Assembly: GCA_965221775.1 (NCBI GenBank)
Contig: CBDCSU010000005.1
Location: 1,280,001 to 1,344,000, forward strand
Direction of reading: 5' to 3'
DNA: 64,000 nucleotides
Source: Candidatus Latescibacterota bacterium
GTDB taxonomy: Bacteria > Latescibacterota > UBA2968 > UBA8231
The notes under the pieces are model-generated. The model was not told where the DNA came from. It saw nothing but the letters and a program-made list of their open reading frames with translations, and ran no database searches. Below are positions 1 to 9,621 of the stretch, piece by piece. The translations under genes were made by a program, and so were the position numbers. Each line of letters begins with the position of its first letter. The stretch's first letter is position 1.

Positions 1-124
1 CGTGCGGCCTTCGCTTCCCAGGGCTCGCCCTTCGACGGTGCCACTCGGTTCGGCGAACGGCCGGCGGGTGATGCCTCGCTCCAGCCAGCCCGTTCCTGCC
101 CGCCCTTCTGTTTACTCGATCTAC

Positions 125-182
125 TGAGTATTATTACTCATCATGTTGAGTAATTCGTATATATGTTGAGTAATTCGTATAT
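125..182. repeat. TGAGTA inverted repeat plus exact 20-bp tandem repeat at the ATPase start
   Basis: TGAGTA-TTAT-TACTCA at 125-140; ATGTTGAGTAATTCGTATAT at 143-162 and 163-182; AT-rich in a GC-rich context. Confidence 0.85.
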
Positions 183-1371
183 CCGCCCCCAGGCCGCGGA
201 TCTCCTCCGGCGGCTCCAGGAGCCGCGGCGATTCCTCCAGGTCGTCACCGGGCCCCGGCAGGTCGGCAAGACGACCCTGATCACCCAGGTCGCCGGCCAG
301 TCCGGGCTGCCCCACCGCTTCGGCAGCGCCGACGAGCCGACCCTGCGAGGCCCGGACTGGATCGCCCAGCAATGGGAGGCCGCGAGGCTGGCAGCGGCCG
401 ATGCCGGACCCGGGGGGGCGCTTCTCGTGATCGACGAGGTGCAGAAGGCCCCCAACTGGGCGGAGTCCGTCAAGCGGCTGTGGGACGAGGACACCCGCAG
501 CGGGCTCTCCCTCAAGGTCGTGCTCTCCGGCTCGGCGCAGCCGCTGATCGGGCGCGGGCTCACCGAGAGCCTCGCTGGGCGCTTCGAGCTGCTCCACCTG
601 CCCCACTGGAGTTGGTCGGAGATGAGGACCGCCTTCGGCTGGTCCCTGGAGCAGTTCCTGTTCCACGGCGCCTATCCCGGCGCGGCGCCGCTGGTGGATC
701 AGCCCGACCGCTGGGCCCGCTACATCCGCGATTCCCTCGTGGAGACGACCCTGGCCCGGGACGTGCTGCTGCTCTCGCGGGTGGACAAACCGGCCCTCCT
801 GCGGCGCCTCTTCGATCTGGGCTGCGAGTACTCGGGCCAGATCCTCTCCTACACGAAGATGCTGGGCCAGCTCCAGGACGCCGGGAACACGACCACCCTG
901 GCCCACTATCTCCAGCTGCTGGCCGGCGCCGGCATGTTGACGGGTCTGCAGAAATACTCGGGCGCCACAGTGCGCCGGCGGAGTTCCAGCCCCAAGCTCC
1001 AAGTGCTGAACACGGCCCTGATGACCGCCGGATCGCGCCTCACGCCGGAGCAGGCCCGCGCCGACGCCGAGTTCCGGGGGCGCTTGGTCGAGTCGGCGGT
1101 GGGCGCCCACTTGGCGAATGCCGCGGCCGGCGGCTCCTGCGAGCTGTTCTACTGGCGGGACCGCAACCGCGAGGTCGACTTCGTGGTGCGCTCGGGAGGG
1201 TTCCTGACCGCGATCGAGGTGAAGAGCGGACGGGCTCGCGGGTCCCTGCCGGGAATGGCCGCCTTCGCGGAGGCCTTCGGGCCGAACCGCAGGCTGCTCG
1301 TCGGCGGTGACGGGATCCCCGTCGAGGAGTTTCTTTCCAGGCCGGCGGAGCACTGGGTCGGTCCGGGATAA
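163..1371 (+). CDS. AAA_14 / DUF4143 family ATPase
   Basis: Walker A GPRQVGKTT, Walker B LVIDEVQ, SGS and ESLAGR motifs, C-terminal EVDFV..AIEVKSG nuclease-like motif. Confidence 0.9.
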   Translation: MLSNSYIRPQAADLLRRLQEPRRFLQVVTGPRQVGKTTLITQVAGQSGLPHRFGSADEPTLRGPDWIAQQWEAARLAAADAGPGGALLVIDEVQKAPNWAESVKRLWDEDTRSGLSLKVVLSGSAQPLIGRGLTESLAGRFELLHLPHWSWSEMRTAFGWSLEQFLFHGAYPGAAPLVDQPDRWARYIRDSLVETTLARDVLLLSRVDKPALLRRLFDLGCEYSGQILSYTKMLGQLQDAGNTTTLAHYLQLLAGAGMLTGLQKYSGATVRRRSSSPKLQVLNTALMTAGSRLTPEQARADAEFRGRLVESAVGAHLANAAAGGSCELFYWRDRNREVDFVVRSGGFLTAIEVKSGRARGSLPGMAAFAEAFGPNRRLLVGGDGIPVEEFLSRPAEHWVGPG

Positions 1372-1418
1372 CCCGCAGACGTGGGCAGGCTCAGCCTGCC
1401 TCGCGGAGACAGGAGACC

Positions 1419-2342
1419 ATGAACGACTACGAGTTCAAGATGGGGATCTACCTCGGGGAGTTGCAGCAGCCTTGGGAGCAATCGCTGGCCACGGCGCGCG
1501 ACCTCGGCGCCCGCTACGTCTGGTGCGGCGCCCACTCCAACGGCCGCAGCCTCTACGAGCTCTCCGACGCCGAGATCGACGTCGCCGCCGGCCAGGTCGC
1601 CGCCCACGGGCTGGAGTTCTTCCTCCTCGACGGCGCCGGGCTGTTCAAGACGGTGCACCTGGCCGAACTGGCGCCGGGCCGCATGCTGGAGCACGAACAG
1701 TTCCGGGAGCAGTTCTCCAGGCTGGAACGGGCGATGCAGGTCTCCGCCCGCCTGGGGATCGGCGCGGTCGGCTGCAGCAGCTTCGCCTGGCCCGCCGAGT
1801 ACACCGGCGGCAAGCCGACCTGGCCCATGCGCTGGGCCACCCGCGGCGGCATCATCTCCGACGGCGACATGGCCAAGCTGGTGGAGGCCTTCTCCATGTT
1901 CGCCGACCTCGCCGAGAAGCACGACGTGGACATCGCCTTCCTGATGATGCAGTGGAACTACGGCAACACGAGCCGCAACTTCCGGCGCATCGTCGAGGCC
2001 GTGGGCTCGCGCCGGTTCAAGGCCCTGTGGTGCCCCGCCGACAGCCTCAACTGCGGCGAGGTCGACAACGCCACCGCCGGCTTCGAGAACCTGCGCCCCT
2101 ACCTCCACGGAGTGCACGCCAAGGACCTGCGCACCCTCGACGGCTCGAAGCTCGACTTCGAGTACACCCCCATCGGCGAGGGGGACGTGGACTACTCCGC
2201 GATCCTGCGCAACCTGCGCGACAACCGCTGCGACGTCATCCTCTCCATCGCCACCCACTTCCTGCCGGCCAGCGGCTCCCGCCTCGAGGCGATGGAGACG
2301 AACTACGCCAACATCCGCCGGCTCATCGGGGAGCTGTCGTAG
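1419..2342 (+). CDS. Sugar phosphate isomerase/epimerase (xylose-isomerase-like TIM barrel)
   Basis: VHAKD and IGEGDVDY motifs; RBS AGGAGA upstream. Confidence 0.8.
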   Translation: MNDYEFKMGIYLGELQQPWEQSLATARDLGARYVWCGAHSNGRSLYELSDAEIDVAAGQVAAHGLEFFLLDGAGLFKTVHLAELAPGRMLEHEQFREQFSRLERAMQVSARLGIGAVGCSSFAWPAEYTGGKPTWPMRWATRGGIISDGDMAKLVEAFSMFADLAEKHDVDIAFLMMQWNYGNTSRNFRRIVEAVGSRRFKALWCPADSLNCGEVDNATAGFENLRPYLHGVHAKDLRTLDGSKLDFEYTPIGEGDVDYSAILRNLRDNRCDVILSIATHFLPASGSRLEAMETNYANIRRLIGELS

Positions 2343-3831
2343 CCGCCAGCCCCGCCGGATACGGGCTGTAGCGGACCTCCACCTCGACCTCCTGGATGGT
2401 GACGCTGCCGGTGAGGCCCTCCGGCCGGCTCTCCAGCGACACCCGCAGGACGTTCTCCCCCTTGCGGGGCAGGACGTCGACGAGGTCGAACTCCAGCCAG
2501 TGGTTCCGCGGGTTGGTGAAGGGGAAGGCGTCGTCGCTTTCCTTCTCCTTCCAGACGCGGCGGCAGGTCTCGCCCTCCAGGGACTGCCCGTTCAGGGACA
2601 CCTTGAAGCGGTCCGCGGAGACCGTGTTGGTCAGATAGAGTCGCAACTTCGTCCCGCTGACGCGGCTGTCGGCGGCGGCGATGTCGTCGGCGATGGTGAA
2701 GGGGATCTCGTGGGCCGCGGTGGGAAGGGGCGGGGACAGCTCGTGGGGTATGTGATGGTGATAGTCGACCCGCGCCGCACCGTCGTACTGGCGGGCCAGG
2801 ACGTAGTGCTTGTCGCGGCCGCGGACCAGCTCCGGAGACCCCACCATGGTGAGGAGGTTGCGCTCGGCGTCGCCGAGGGGCCAGTCCAAGGCCCAGGTGT
2901 AGAGGCCGTCCACGCCCTTCTCCCAGTAGTTGGCCGCGGCGGCCCGGAACTGCTCCAGGTTGGCGTACCGCCGGCCGCTGGCTCCGACCATGCTGTCCTG
3001 CGTGTAGTGCTGCAGGAACCCGTAGACCGAGGCGCCCGCGTCGTGGGCGGGTTCGACCACCCAGTCGAAGGGCATGTCCGGGTCGAGGGCGGTGTAGACG
3101 TAGGCCACGGGCACGACGAAGTCGAGCAGCCCCTCGGCGAGCCACGTCCTCACGTCGAGGCCCTGCTCGAGGTTGCCCTTCTCCGTGGGGAAGATGCGGG
3201 CGCCGATCAGCCCCGGCTCCCCCGGCCGTGAGCGCACCATCTCGGCCGAGCGCCGGACCCACTCGGTCATGGTGGCCGTGTTCTCGGGGGTCCCCCCGTC
3301 CCTGAAGTAGAAGTACCCACTCTCGCTGAAGGCGGCGGTGTAGTCCAGCTCGACACCTTCGATGGGGTACCCGACAGCCAGCTCGCGCAGCACCTCGAGC
3401 TTGAGGTCCCGGACGCGCTCGTCGGCCCAGCCGGGGCCGCCGTTCTCGATCTCCAGCTCCGGGTAGACCCCGCCGAGCCGCTGCAGGCGCACGTCGGCGA
3501 GGAAGTCCATGCCGTGCTCGTGAGCGCGGTCGACGAGCACCCGCAGCGGGTCGAGACCGCGCTCCATGAGGCTGAGCATGCACGCGGCGGCCCTCCACTC
3601 GTAGTTGTGCTTCGACCGCGGCTTGCCGTCCTCGACGGAGAACAGCTTCCCCACCTTCGTCGGGTAGTAGGCGCCGTCCCCTCGCTCGACACAGTAGCTG
3701 AAGGTGTCGACCGCCGTCCCCGCCACCTCGTCGACGGGAATCCAGGCGTCCTCGAGCCGCATGGGCGGCTCGAAATACCAGAGATAGGAGTGCCGCGCGT
3801 CGTTGTGGTAGATCGTCCTGCGCCGTCTCAT
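2323..3831 (-). CDS. Hypothetical glycoside-hydrolase-like (GHL10-like) TIM barrel protein
   Basis: IYHND start, EGVELDY, GVDGLY motifs; RBS AGGAGA. Confidence 0.6.
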   Translation of the reverse strand: MRRRRTIYHNDARHSYLWYFEPPMRLEDAWIPVDEVAGTAVDTFSYCVERGDGAYYPTKVGKLFSVEDGKPRSKHNYEWRAAACMLSLMERGLDPLRVLVDRAHEHGMDFLADVRLQRLGGVYPELEIENGGPGWADERVRDLKLEVLRELAVGYPIEGVELDYTAAFSESGYFYFRDGGTPENTATMTEWVRRSAEMVRSRPGEPGLIGARIFPTEKGNLEQGLDVRTWLAEGLLDFVVPVAYVYTALDPDMPFDWVVEPAHDAGASVYGFLQHYTQDSMVGASGRRYANLEQFRAAAANYWEKGVDGLYTWALDWPLGDAERNLLTMVGSPELVRGRDKHYVLARQYDGAARVDYHHHIPHELSPPLPTAAHEIPFTIADDIAAADSRVSGTKLRLYLTNTVSADRFKVSLNGQSLEGETCRRVWKEKESDDAFPFTNPRNHWLEFDLVDVLPRKGENVLRVSLESRPEGLTGSVTIQEVEVEVRYSPYPAGLAATTAPR

Positions 3832-3852
3832 GCAGCTTCTCCTGTTCGTGGC

Positions 3853-5016
3853 TCAATCGATGATGGCGTCGGACCAGAGTCTCTCGAAGAACCGCTCCCA
3901 GGGCAGGATCCAGATCCCGTCGCTGGCGCGCCTGGCCTTGCGCTCGTTGCACACGACGATGGCGTGACGCGGACGATGCTCGTCCACGTAAGCCCGGATG
4001 CTCCTCAGGTCCGCCGGCCGCGGACTGGCGCTGCCCTTGACCTCGATGGCGATCTCGCCGCCGCGGCCGAGGACGAAGTCGCATTCGAGACCCGACTTGG
4101 TCCGCCAGAACCGCAGCGGGAAATCGCGTTCACGGTAGCTGCGGTAGGCGAGCAGTTCCATGAGCACCAGATGCTCGAGGGCGCGACCGAACTCTGGTCC
4201 CGCCGGGCGTTCGATCCGGCGGCCCGTCAGGTGCCCGGCCACGCCGACGTCGAAGAGATAGAACTTGGGCGCCCGGGTGATGACCTGGCGCGAGCGCCGA
4301 CGGCTGAAGGGCTCCACCAAGGTGCCTAGGAGCGTGTCCACCAGAATCTGGAAGTACTCCCGCACCGTCTTGGAATCGACGCCGCAGTCCCTGGCGATAT
4401 TGCTGTAGTTCAGTAGCTCCCCATGGCTGAAGGAGAGGGCGTCGAAGAACCGGGAGAAGGCAGCGGTGTTGCGGGCCAGCCCTTCGTCGAAGACCTCCTC
4501 CTTCAGATAGTCGTCCACGTAGCCGGCGAGGGCCCGGCGGTACCGGGGGCTGTCGTAGTGCTGCGGAACCAGGCCGCGGTTGAGGGCCCGCAGCAGATCG
4601 AATCCGGGGACTTCCGGCCAGGCCAGAGGGTGGAGCCCGAAGCGCCAGGCCCGTCCGCCGAGCAGGTTCGAGCGCCCCCGCTTCAGCTTGCGGGCGCTGG
4701 AGCCGCACAGCACGAAGCCGAAGCCCTCGCTCTCGATGAGCCGGTGGACCTCGTCGAGAAGGGCCGGCACCTTCTGCACTTCGTCGATGATGACGGGGCC
4801 GGCGAGGGCGGCTCCACCGAGGGCCCGCAGGCGGTCGGCCAGCACCCACGGGGCGCGGGTGAACTCCAGCAGCTGGCGCGTGTCCAGGAGATCGAAACGC
4901 GGGGCCTCCGGAAACCGCTGGCGAAGCAGCGTCGACTTGCCGGTCTTGCGGGGCCCCCACAGAAAGGCTGACTGCCCCCGGGGGAGGTCCAGACGGAGGT
5001 TGCGGATGTAGGGCAC
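3853..5016 (-). CDS. AAA_14 / DUF4143 family ATPase
   Basis: GPRKTGKST, IIDEVQK, CGSSAR, KFYLFDVG, ECDFV..IEVK motifs. Confidence 0.9.
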   Translation of the reverse strand: MPYIRNLRLDLPRGQSAFLWGPRKTGKSTLLRQRFPEAPRFDLLDTRQLLEFTRAPWVLADRLRALGGAALAGPVIIDEVQKVPALLDEVHRLIESEGFGFVLCGSSARKLKRGRSNLLGGRAWRFGLHPLAWPEVPGFDLLRALNRGLVPQHYDSPRYRRALAGYVDDYLKEEVFDEGLARNTAAFSRFFDALSFSHGELLNYSNIARDCGVDSKTVREYFQILVDTLLGTLVEPFSRRRSRQVITRAPKFYLFDVGVAGHLTGRRIERPAGPEFGRALEHLVLMELLAYRSYRERDFPLRFWRTKSGLECDFVLGRGGEIAIEVKGSASPRPADLRSIRAYVDEHRPRHAIVVCNERKARRASDGIWILPWERFFERLWSDAIID

Positions 5017-5035
5017 AGGGGGAATCTATTCCTGA

Positions 5036-5072
5036 TTGGTCAGACCAAATCGGAATATAGTCCGATCTGGTC
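5036..5072. promoter_or_regulatory. Overlapping inverted repeats upstream of the second DUF4143 ATPase (putative operator)
   Basis: TTGGTC-A-GACCAA and GACCAAATCGGA...TCCGATCTGGTC (1 mismatch). Confidence 0.5.
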
Positions 5073-5188
5073 CGGGCGCCAAGGGAGCCCCCGGCGCTTC
5101 GGCCATCGCCGCAACCACCTGCGCGGCAAAAGGGCTTCCGGTGGCTGCCCGGGTCCGTCGGCACCGCCTCACCAGGGCGTCCCTTCAA

Positions 5189-5665
5189 TCAAGGGTCCGC
5201 TTCATCACCAGTTCCTCCCCCCTCTGCCTCGCCCGTATGCTCGAAGCCCAGCTTGCGGTAGAAGCCCTCCGGACTGCCAGCCCCGGGAACATGGCTGAGG
5301 GTGAGTTCCTTCGCGTTCGGTTGTCCCTTCACGTGCTCGATCAGGAGCTTCATGGCGCGGCGTCCGTAGCCCTTCCCCTGATGCCGGGCATCGATCATGA
5401 AGCGCCACAGGTAGTACTCCCCGTGCTCCGGGTTGACGGACATCATCAGGAATCCGACGGGTGTCTCTCCCGCATGGATGGCGCGAAACCATGCCTCCAG
5501 CGAGAAATGGGCCTGGGCGATGGAGACCGCATTCGAAGCGACGAACCGTCTCTGCCCCCTGGTCACCCGAAGCTCCAGAATGGACATGAGGGTTTCCGCC
5601 GTGACCTCGCGCAGGCTGACCGTTGCCCCGGCGCCAGGTGGTGCCTTCGAGCGGGTCGGGTTCAT
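5189..5665 (-). CDS. GNAT N-acetyltransferase (spermidine acetyltransferase-like), probable C-terminal frameshift
   Basis: RFMIDARHQGKGYG acetyl-CoA motif and FYRKLGF; start moved to ATG 5665 overlapping the upstream stop. Confidence 0.85.
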   Translation of the reverse strand: MNPTRSKAPPGAGATVSLREVTAETLMSILELRVTRGQRRFVASNAVSIAQAHFSLEAWFRAIHAGETPVGFLMMSVNPEHGEYYLWRFMIDARHQGKGYGRRAMKLLIEHVKGQPNAKELTLSHVPGAGSPEGFYRKLGFEHTGEAEGGGTGDEADP

Positions 5666-6786
5666 TTGACGAGGAGCAGCGGCGAACCTGCCCACCGGCG
5701 GCGGTCGGCAGCCCTCGGCTTGTCGAGCATCGACTCAGGGCCCTGACCGGCCAGCTTGCCCAGGGTCGCGTGCAGCAGCTCGGCGTTGGCCATCGCGTCC
5801 TCGCCGGTGCAGCGGGGCCGCTCCCCGGTGCGGACGCAGCGCAGGAAGTGCTCGGCCTGGGCGCGGAAACACCAGGGCCCGGCCACCAGGGGCCGCTCGA
5901 TCACCGGCGACGGTCCGGCGCCGCGCAGCAGCTCCACCCGGGCGTGCTCGTCGCGGCGGAAGTTGGACGAGGGCCGGATCGTCAGGCGCCCCTTCTCGAA
6001 GTAGACGACCATGCTCTCGTCGCGGGGGCCCACCACCGACCGGCTGCCGGTGTGCACGCTCTTGTAGCCGCCGTGGTCGTAGATGAACATGCGGCTGCGG
6101 GTCTCCGGGTCCATGTCGGCGAAGAGGATCTCGCGGACCGGATCGAGGAGGTGGATCAGCATGTCGCTGAGGTGGGTGTCGAAGAAGTTGGTGCTCCACG
6201 ACAGCTCGTGGACCTCGGCGGGAAGGCCGTCGTCGGGGCCGGTCGGCACGGGCGGCTTCTCCTCCGCCGTCGTCACCGGTTCGCTGGAGCCGAACTCGTG
6301 GCCGGATCCGCCGCCGCCGTGAATGTGCAGTCTCACCTGCACGACCCGGCCCAGCTCCCCGGAGGCGCGCACCTCGGCCAGCAGCTCGCGGGCCTTGTCG
6401 ATGCCGGGGTCGTAGCGGCGCATGTAGCCCACCATCAGCAGGCGGCCGGTCTCTGCCGCGGCGTCGACGAGCCGGCGCGCCTCGGGCAGCCGGTCCGACA
6501 GGGGCTTCTCGGTGAAGACGTGCTTGCCGGCACGCAGCAGGTCGATCCCGACCGGCGCGTGCAGCGGCTCGCGCAGGATCATGACCACCGCCTCGATGTC
6601 GGGATCGTCGCACAGCACGCGGTGATCGCCGGCGATCTTGCCGATGCCGTACCGCGAGGCCAGCTCGGAGGCCAGCTCCACCCGCCGGTCCACCAGGGTG
6701 GTGATCTCGCACTGGCCGGAGGCGGCGAACCAGGGCAGGTGCACGGTCTGCGCCGCCCGGCCGCAGCCGATGAATCCGATCTTCAT
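5662..6786 (-). CDS. Gfo/Idh/MocA oxidoreductase
   Basis: MKIGFIGCG Rossmann start, HVFTEKP, VGYMRRYDP; ATGA overlap with the HAD gene. Confidence 0.9.
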   Translation of the reverse strand: MKIGFIGCGRAAQTVHLPWFAASGQCEITTLVDRRVELASELASRYGIGKIAGDHRVLCDDPDIEAVVMILREPLHAPVGIDLLRAGKHVFTEKPLSDRLPEARRLVDAAAETGRLLMVGYMRRYDPGIDKARELLAEVRASGELGRVVQVRLHIHGGGGSGHEFGSSEPVTTAEEKPPVPTGPDDGLPAEVHELSWSTNFFDTHLSDMLIHLLDPVREILFADMDPETRSRMFIYDHGGYKSVHTGSRSVVGPRDESMVVYFEKGRLTIRPSSNFRRDEHARVELLRGAGPSPVIERPLVAGPWCFRAQAEHFLRCVRTGERPRCTGEDAMANAELLHATLGKLAGQGPESMLDKPRAADRRRWAGSPLLLVK

Positions 6787-7472
6787 TCGAGCAGGGCCGG
6801 CAGGTCCTCGATCCTCCGGCACCGGGGAAAGGCGTCCGACGTCCTGGCCGCCTTGCCCACCCAGTTCCAGGGCCACCTCTCGATGAACCAGGTGGCCCAG
6901 ATCGCCGTCAGGCCCGCCGCGTCGGCGCCGCGCAGCTCGTCGCTGCCGCCGTCCCCCGCGAAGGCCGCGGAACCGGCGTCGACGCCCAATCTGTCGCAGG
7001 CCACGTGATAGATGGCGGGATTCGGCTTGATCAACCCCTCCACACAGGAGAAGACCGACTCCTCGACCAGGGCCGAGAGCCCGCAGGAGTCCCAGGCGGC
7101 GGTCTCGTCATGGGAGCAGTTCGAGATCATCCCGACGCGGTATCCCTCCGCCTTCAGGGCCCGCAACGTCTCCACGACCGCCGGGTCCAGCCGCTCGAAG
7201 GGCCGTGCCTTGGCGGCCACCCGCTCCGCCTGCATCGCGGCGATCTCCTCCTCGGGCGGGTCGATTCGGCAGGCACGGCAGATGTCCCTCAGCACGTCGC
7301 CGTAGAGGGGCAGCCTGCCGGACATGCGCGCCCCGTAGCGGGCCGCCCACTCGCGGTTGAATTCCTCCCGCGGCAATCCGAGCCGCTCGCCCGGCGTCGG
7401 CGCCGGGACATGCCACTCCGGGTGGTTCTCGGTGACGAGGGTCTCGTAGAGATCGAACAGGACGGCCTTCAT
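6783..7472 (-). CDS. HAD-superfamily hydrolase
   Basis: MKAVLFDLYETL motif I, ISN, KPNPAIY, GDGGSDE. Confidence 0.85.
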   Translation of the reverse strand: MKAVLFDLYETLVTENHPEWHVPAPTPGERLGLPREEFNREWAARYGARMSGRLPLYGDVLRDICRACRIDPPEEEIAAMQAERVAAKARPFERLDPAVVETLRALKAEGYRVGMISNCSHDETAAWDSCGLSALVEESVFSCVEGLIKPNPAIYHVACDRLGVDAGSAAFAGDGGSDELRGADAAGLTAIWATWFIERWPWNWVGKAARTSDAFPRCRRIEDLPALLE

Positions 7473-7501
7473 AAATTCCACCGGATAGGGAGAAACCCAA
7501 G

Positions 7502-7945
7502 GTGATGCGGCCCGAGCACACAAATGAGAGACCGGCCGGGAAGGCCCTGGATGCGTTCTTCCACCGGGAGCGCCCTCCCGGAGTGGCGTCGGTCTATCTC
7601 TACGGAAGCGCGGCCCGGGGGCAGGAGCATTCGCAGAGCGACGTCGACGTGGCCGTGCTTCTGGACCGCGCCTGCTTCCCCTCGCGGGAGCAGCGGGCCG
7701 ACGAGCGGGTGCGGCTAACCGCCGAGCTGATCCACGCGCTCGCGAGAAACGACGTGGACCTCGTCGTTCTCAACGATGTCCCGCCGGGCCTCGGACGCCA
7801 TGCGATCACCGCGGGCGTCCGCGTGTACGTGGCCGACCACGAGGCCGATCACGCCTTCTGCCGCGACGTGCAGTTGCTCGCCGCTGATCTCGATCCATTC
7901 CTGCGACGAATGCGGGAGATCAAGCTCAGGGCTCTTTCCACGTGA
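7502..7945 (+). CDS. mntA: Minimal nucleotidyltransferase antitoxin (MNT)
   Basis: YLYGSAARG..SDVDVAV (GSx10DxD), VDLVVLN; overlaps the HEPN gene. Confidence 0.85.
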   Translation: MMRPEHTNERPAGKALDAFFHRERPPGVASVYLYGSAARGQEHSQSDVDVAVLLDRACFPSREQRADERVRLTAELIHALARNDVDLVVLNDVPPGLGRHAITAGVRVYVADHEADHAFCRDVQLLAADLDPFLRRMREIKLRALST

Positions 7946-8358
7946 CCTACCTCGTGGAACGGCTCGCCGAGCTGCGCAAACACCTTGATCACCTGAGGGT
8001 GCTGGAGCCGAGGGTTGACGGGCCCGAGTTCCTGCAGCGGGACCTGAGCCTGCACAACGATGTCCTGTTCTCCCTGCTGATCACAGCGCAACGCGTCATC
8101 GACATCTCGGGAGAACTGTCCGCCCGCCGCGGGCAGCGCTTCGAGGACTACACCAAGGCGGTACGGAGTCTGTCGGCGTACGAGGAGTTCCCGCCGGACC
8201 TGGTGGACCAGCTCGCCCGCCTCCCCGGGTTCCGCGATACCCTGATCCACGAGTACGTCGCCCTCGACTACGAGCAGGTGGTCCGGGCGATCCGCGATCT
8301 CGAGCCCGTCGCGGAGTTCGTCCGCCGCGCGCCGGCCCTCGAGCAGGACCAGGGTTAG
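7942..8358 (+). CDS. hepT: HEPN / DUF86 RNase toxin
   Basis: RDTLIHEY (Rx4HxY) motif; directly downstream of MNT. Confidence 0.85.
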   Translation: MTYLVERLAELRKHLDHLRVLEPRVDGPEFLQRDLSLHNDVLFSLLITAQRVIDISGELSARRGQRFEDYTKAVRSLSAYEEFPPDLVDQLARLPGFRDTLIHEYVALDYEQVVRAIRDLEPVAEFVRRAPALEQDQG

Positions 8359-9530
8359 CCCAGGGCCGAGTCGCGCGCGGCGCCTGCCGGGACAGCCGCC
8401 GCGGTCCCCGTCTTCGCGCAGCGCTCTTCGAGCGCCACCCACTCTCCGTCCCCGCGTCCCACGTACTCCGACTGGGGCCGGAAGATCCGGCCCGTGGCTT
8501 CCTGCTCCCGGCAGTGGGCGATCCAGCCGGCCATGCGGCTCACGGCGAAGGTGCAGGTGAACAGCCCCGGCGGGACTCCGAGTTCGTGGAGCAGCACGGC
8601 CGTGTAGAACTCGGCGTTGGCGAACAGGCGCCGGCCGGGCTTGTACTCCGCCAACAGTCTCACCGCCTCTGCTTCCACGGTCCCCGCCAGATCGAGCAGG
8701 CCCGCCTCTCCCCTGGCCGCGCACAGATCTTCGGCGGCTTGTGCGAGGACCGCCGCCCGGGGGTCCCGCACCTTGTACTCGCGATGCCCGAAGCCCATCA
8801 GGCGTTCGCCGCGCTCGAGGGCGGCTCGGATGGACGGCTCAGCCCGGTCTGGAACCCCGATCGCCTGCAGCATGGCCAGGGCCGGCTCGGGTGCGCCGCC
8901 GTGGAGCGGGCCCTTCAAGGCGCCGAGGGCGCCGACGACGGCCGACTTCAGATCGGAGCGCGTCGAGGTGATGACGCGGGCGGTGAAGGTCGACGCGTTC
9001 ATGCCGTGGTCGACCATGGTGTTGAGGTAGGTGTCCAGCGCCCGCGCCCGGGCCTCCGTCGGCCGCCGGCCCGTCAGCATGTAGAGGAAGTTCGCCGCCA
9101 GGTGGAGTCCCGGGTCCGGCTGGACCACCGGTCTCCCTTCCATCGATCGCGATACCGCGGCGACGATGACGGGAGTGGCGCCCACGAGGGTGACATCCGC
9201 CTCCGGGTCTTCGACAGACAGCGAGTCGAGAGCCAGGCGCAGAACGTCGATCGGTCTCTGGCCTGCCGCCGCGGCGGCCTCGATCAGGGACCGCGTGTCT
9301 GCGGGCAGGGTCCAGCCCGACATCCGCCCCTGGAACTGGCGAAGCTGCTCGCGGTCCGGGAGCTCACCGTTCCACAGCAGGTGGACCGTCTCCTCGAAAC
9401 AGGCCTTCGGCGCAAGTTCCTCGACCGGGAATCCGCCCAGCCAGAGCCGGCCCTCCTCCCCGTCGATCCCGCTCAACCGCGTGCGCGCGGCGACCACTCC
9501 TTCCAGCCCTTCCTCGATCGCAACCGTCAT
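8355..9530 (-). CDS. Citrate synthase / methylcitrate synthase family protein
   Basis: GLEGV, DHGMNASTF, GPLHGGA, GFGHREY, NAEFY; start moved to ATG 9530. Confidence 0.9.
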   Translation of the reverse strand: MTVAIEEGLEGVVAARTRLSGIDGEEGRLWLGGFPVEELAPKACFEETVHLLWNGELPDREQLRQFQGRMSGWTLPADTRSLIEAAAAAGQRPIDVLRLALDSLSVEDPEADVTLVGATPVIVAAVSRSMEGRPVVQPDPGLHLAANFLYMLTGRRPTEARARALDTYLNTMVDHGMNASTFTARVITSTRSDLKSAVVGALGALKGPLHGGAPEPALAMLQAIGVPDRAEPSIRAALERGERLMGFGHREYKVRDPRAAVLAQAAEDLCAARGEAGLLDLAGTVEAEAVRLLAEYKPGRRLFANAEFYTAVLLHELGVPPGLFTCTFAVSRMAGWIAHCREQEATGRIFRPQSEYVGRGDGEWVALEERCAKTGTAAAVPAGAARDSALG

Positions 9531-9580
9531 GCCCGGCTCCCTTCGATCGGGTTCGATTGACGATTGTACCGCGAGCTCAT

Positions 9581-9608
9581 ACATTGTCAATGTTGATTCA
9601 ATAATCAA
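9581..9608. promoter_or_regulatory. Palindromic operator candidate between the divergent citrate-synthase genes
   Basis: ACATTG-T-CAATGT (9581-9593) and TTGATT-CAAT-AATCAA (9593-9608). Confidence 0.6.
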
Positions 9609-9621
9609 TCTATCTGCCTCC

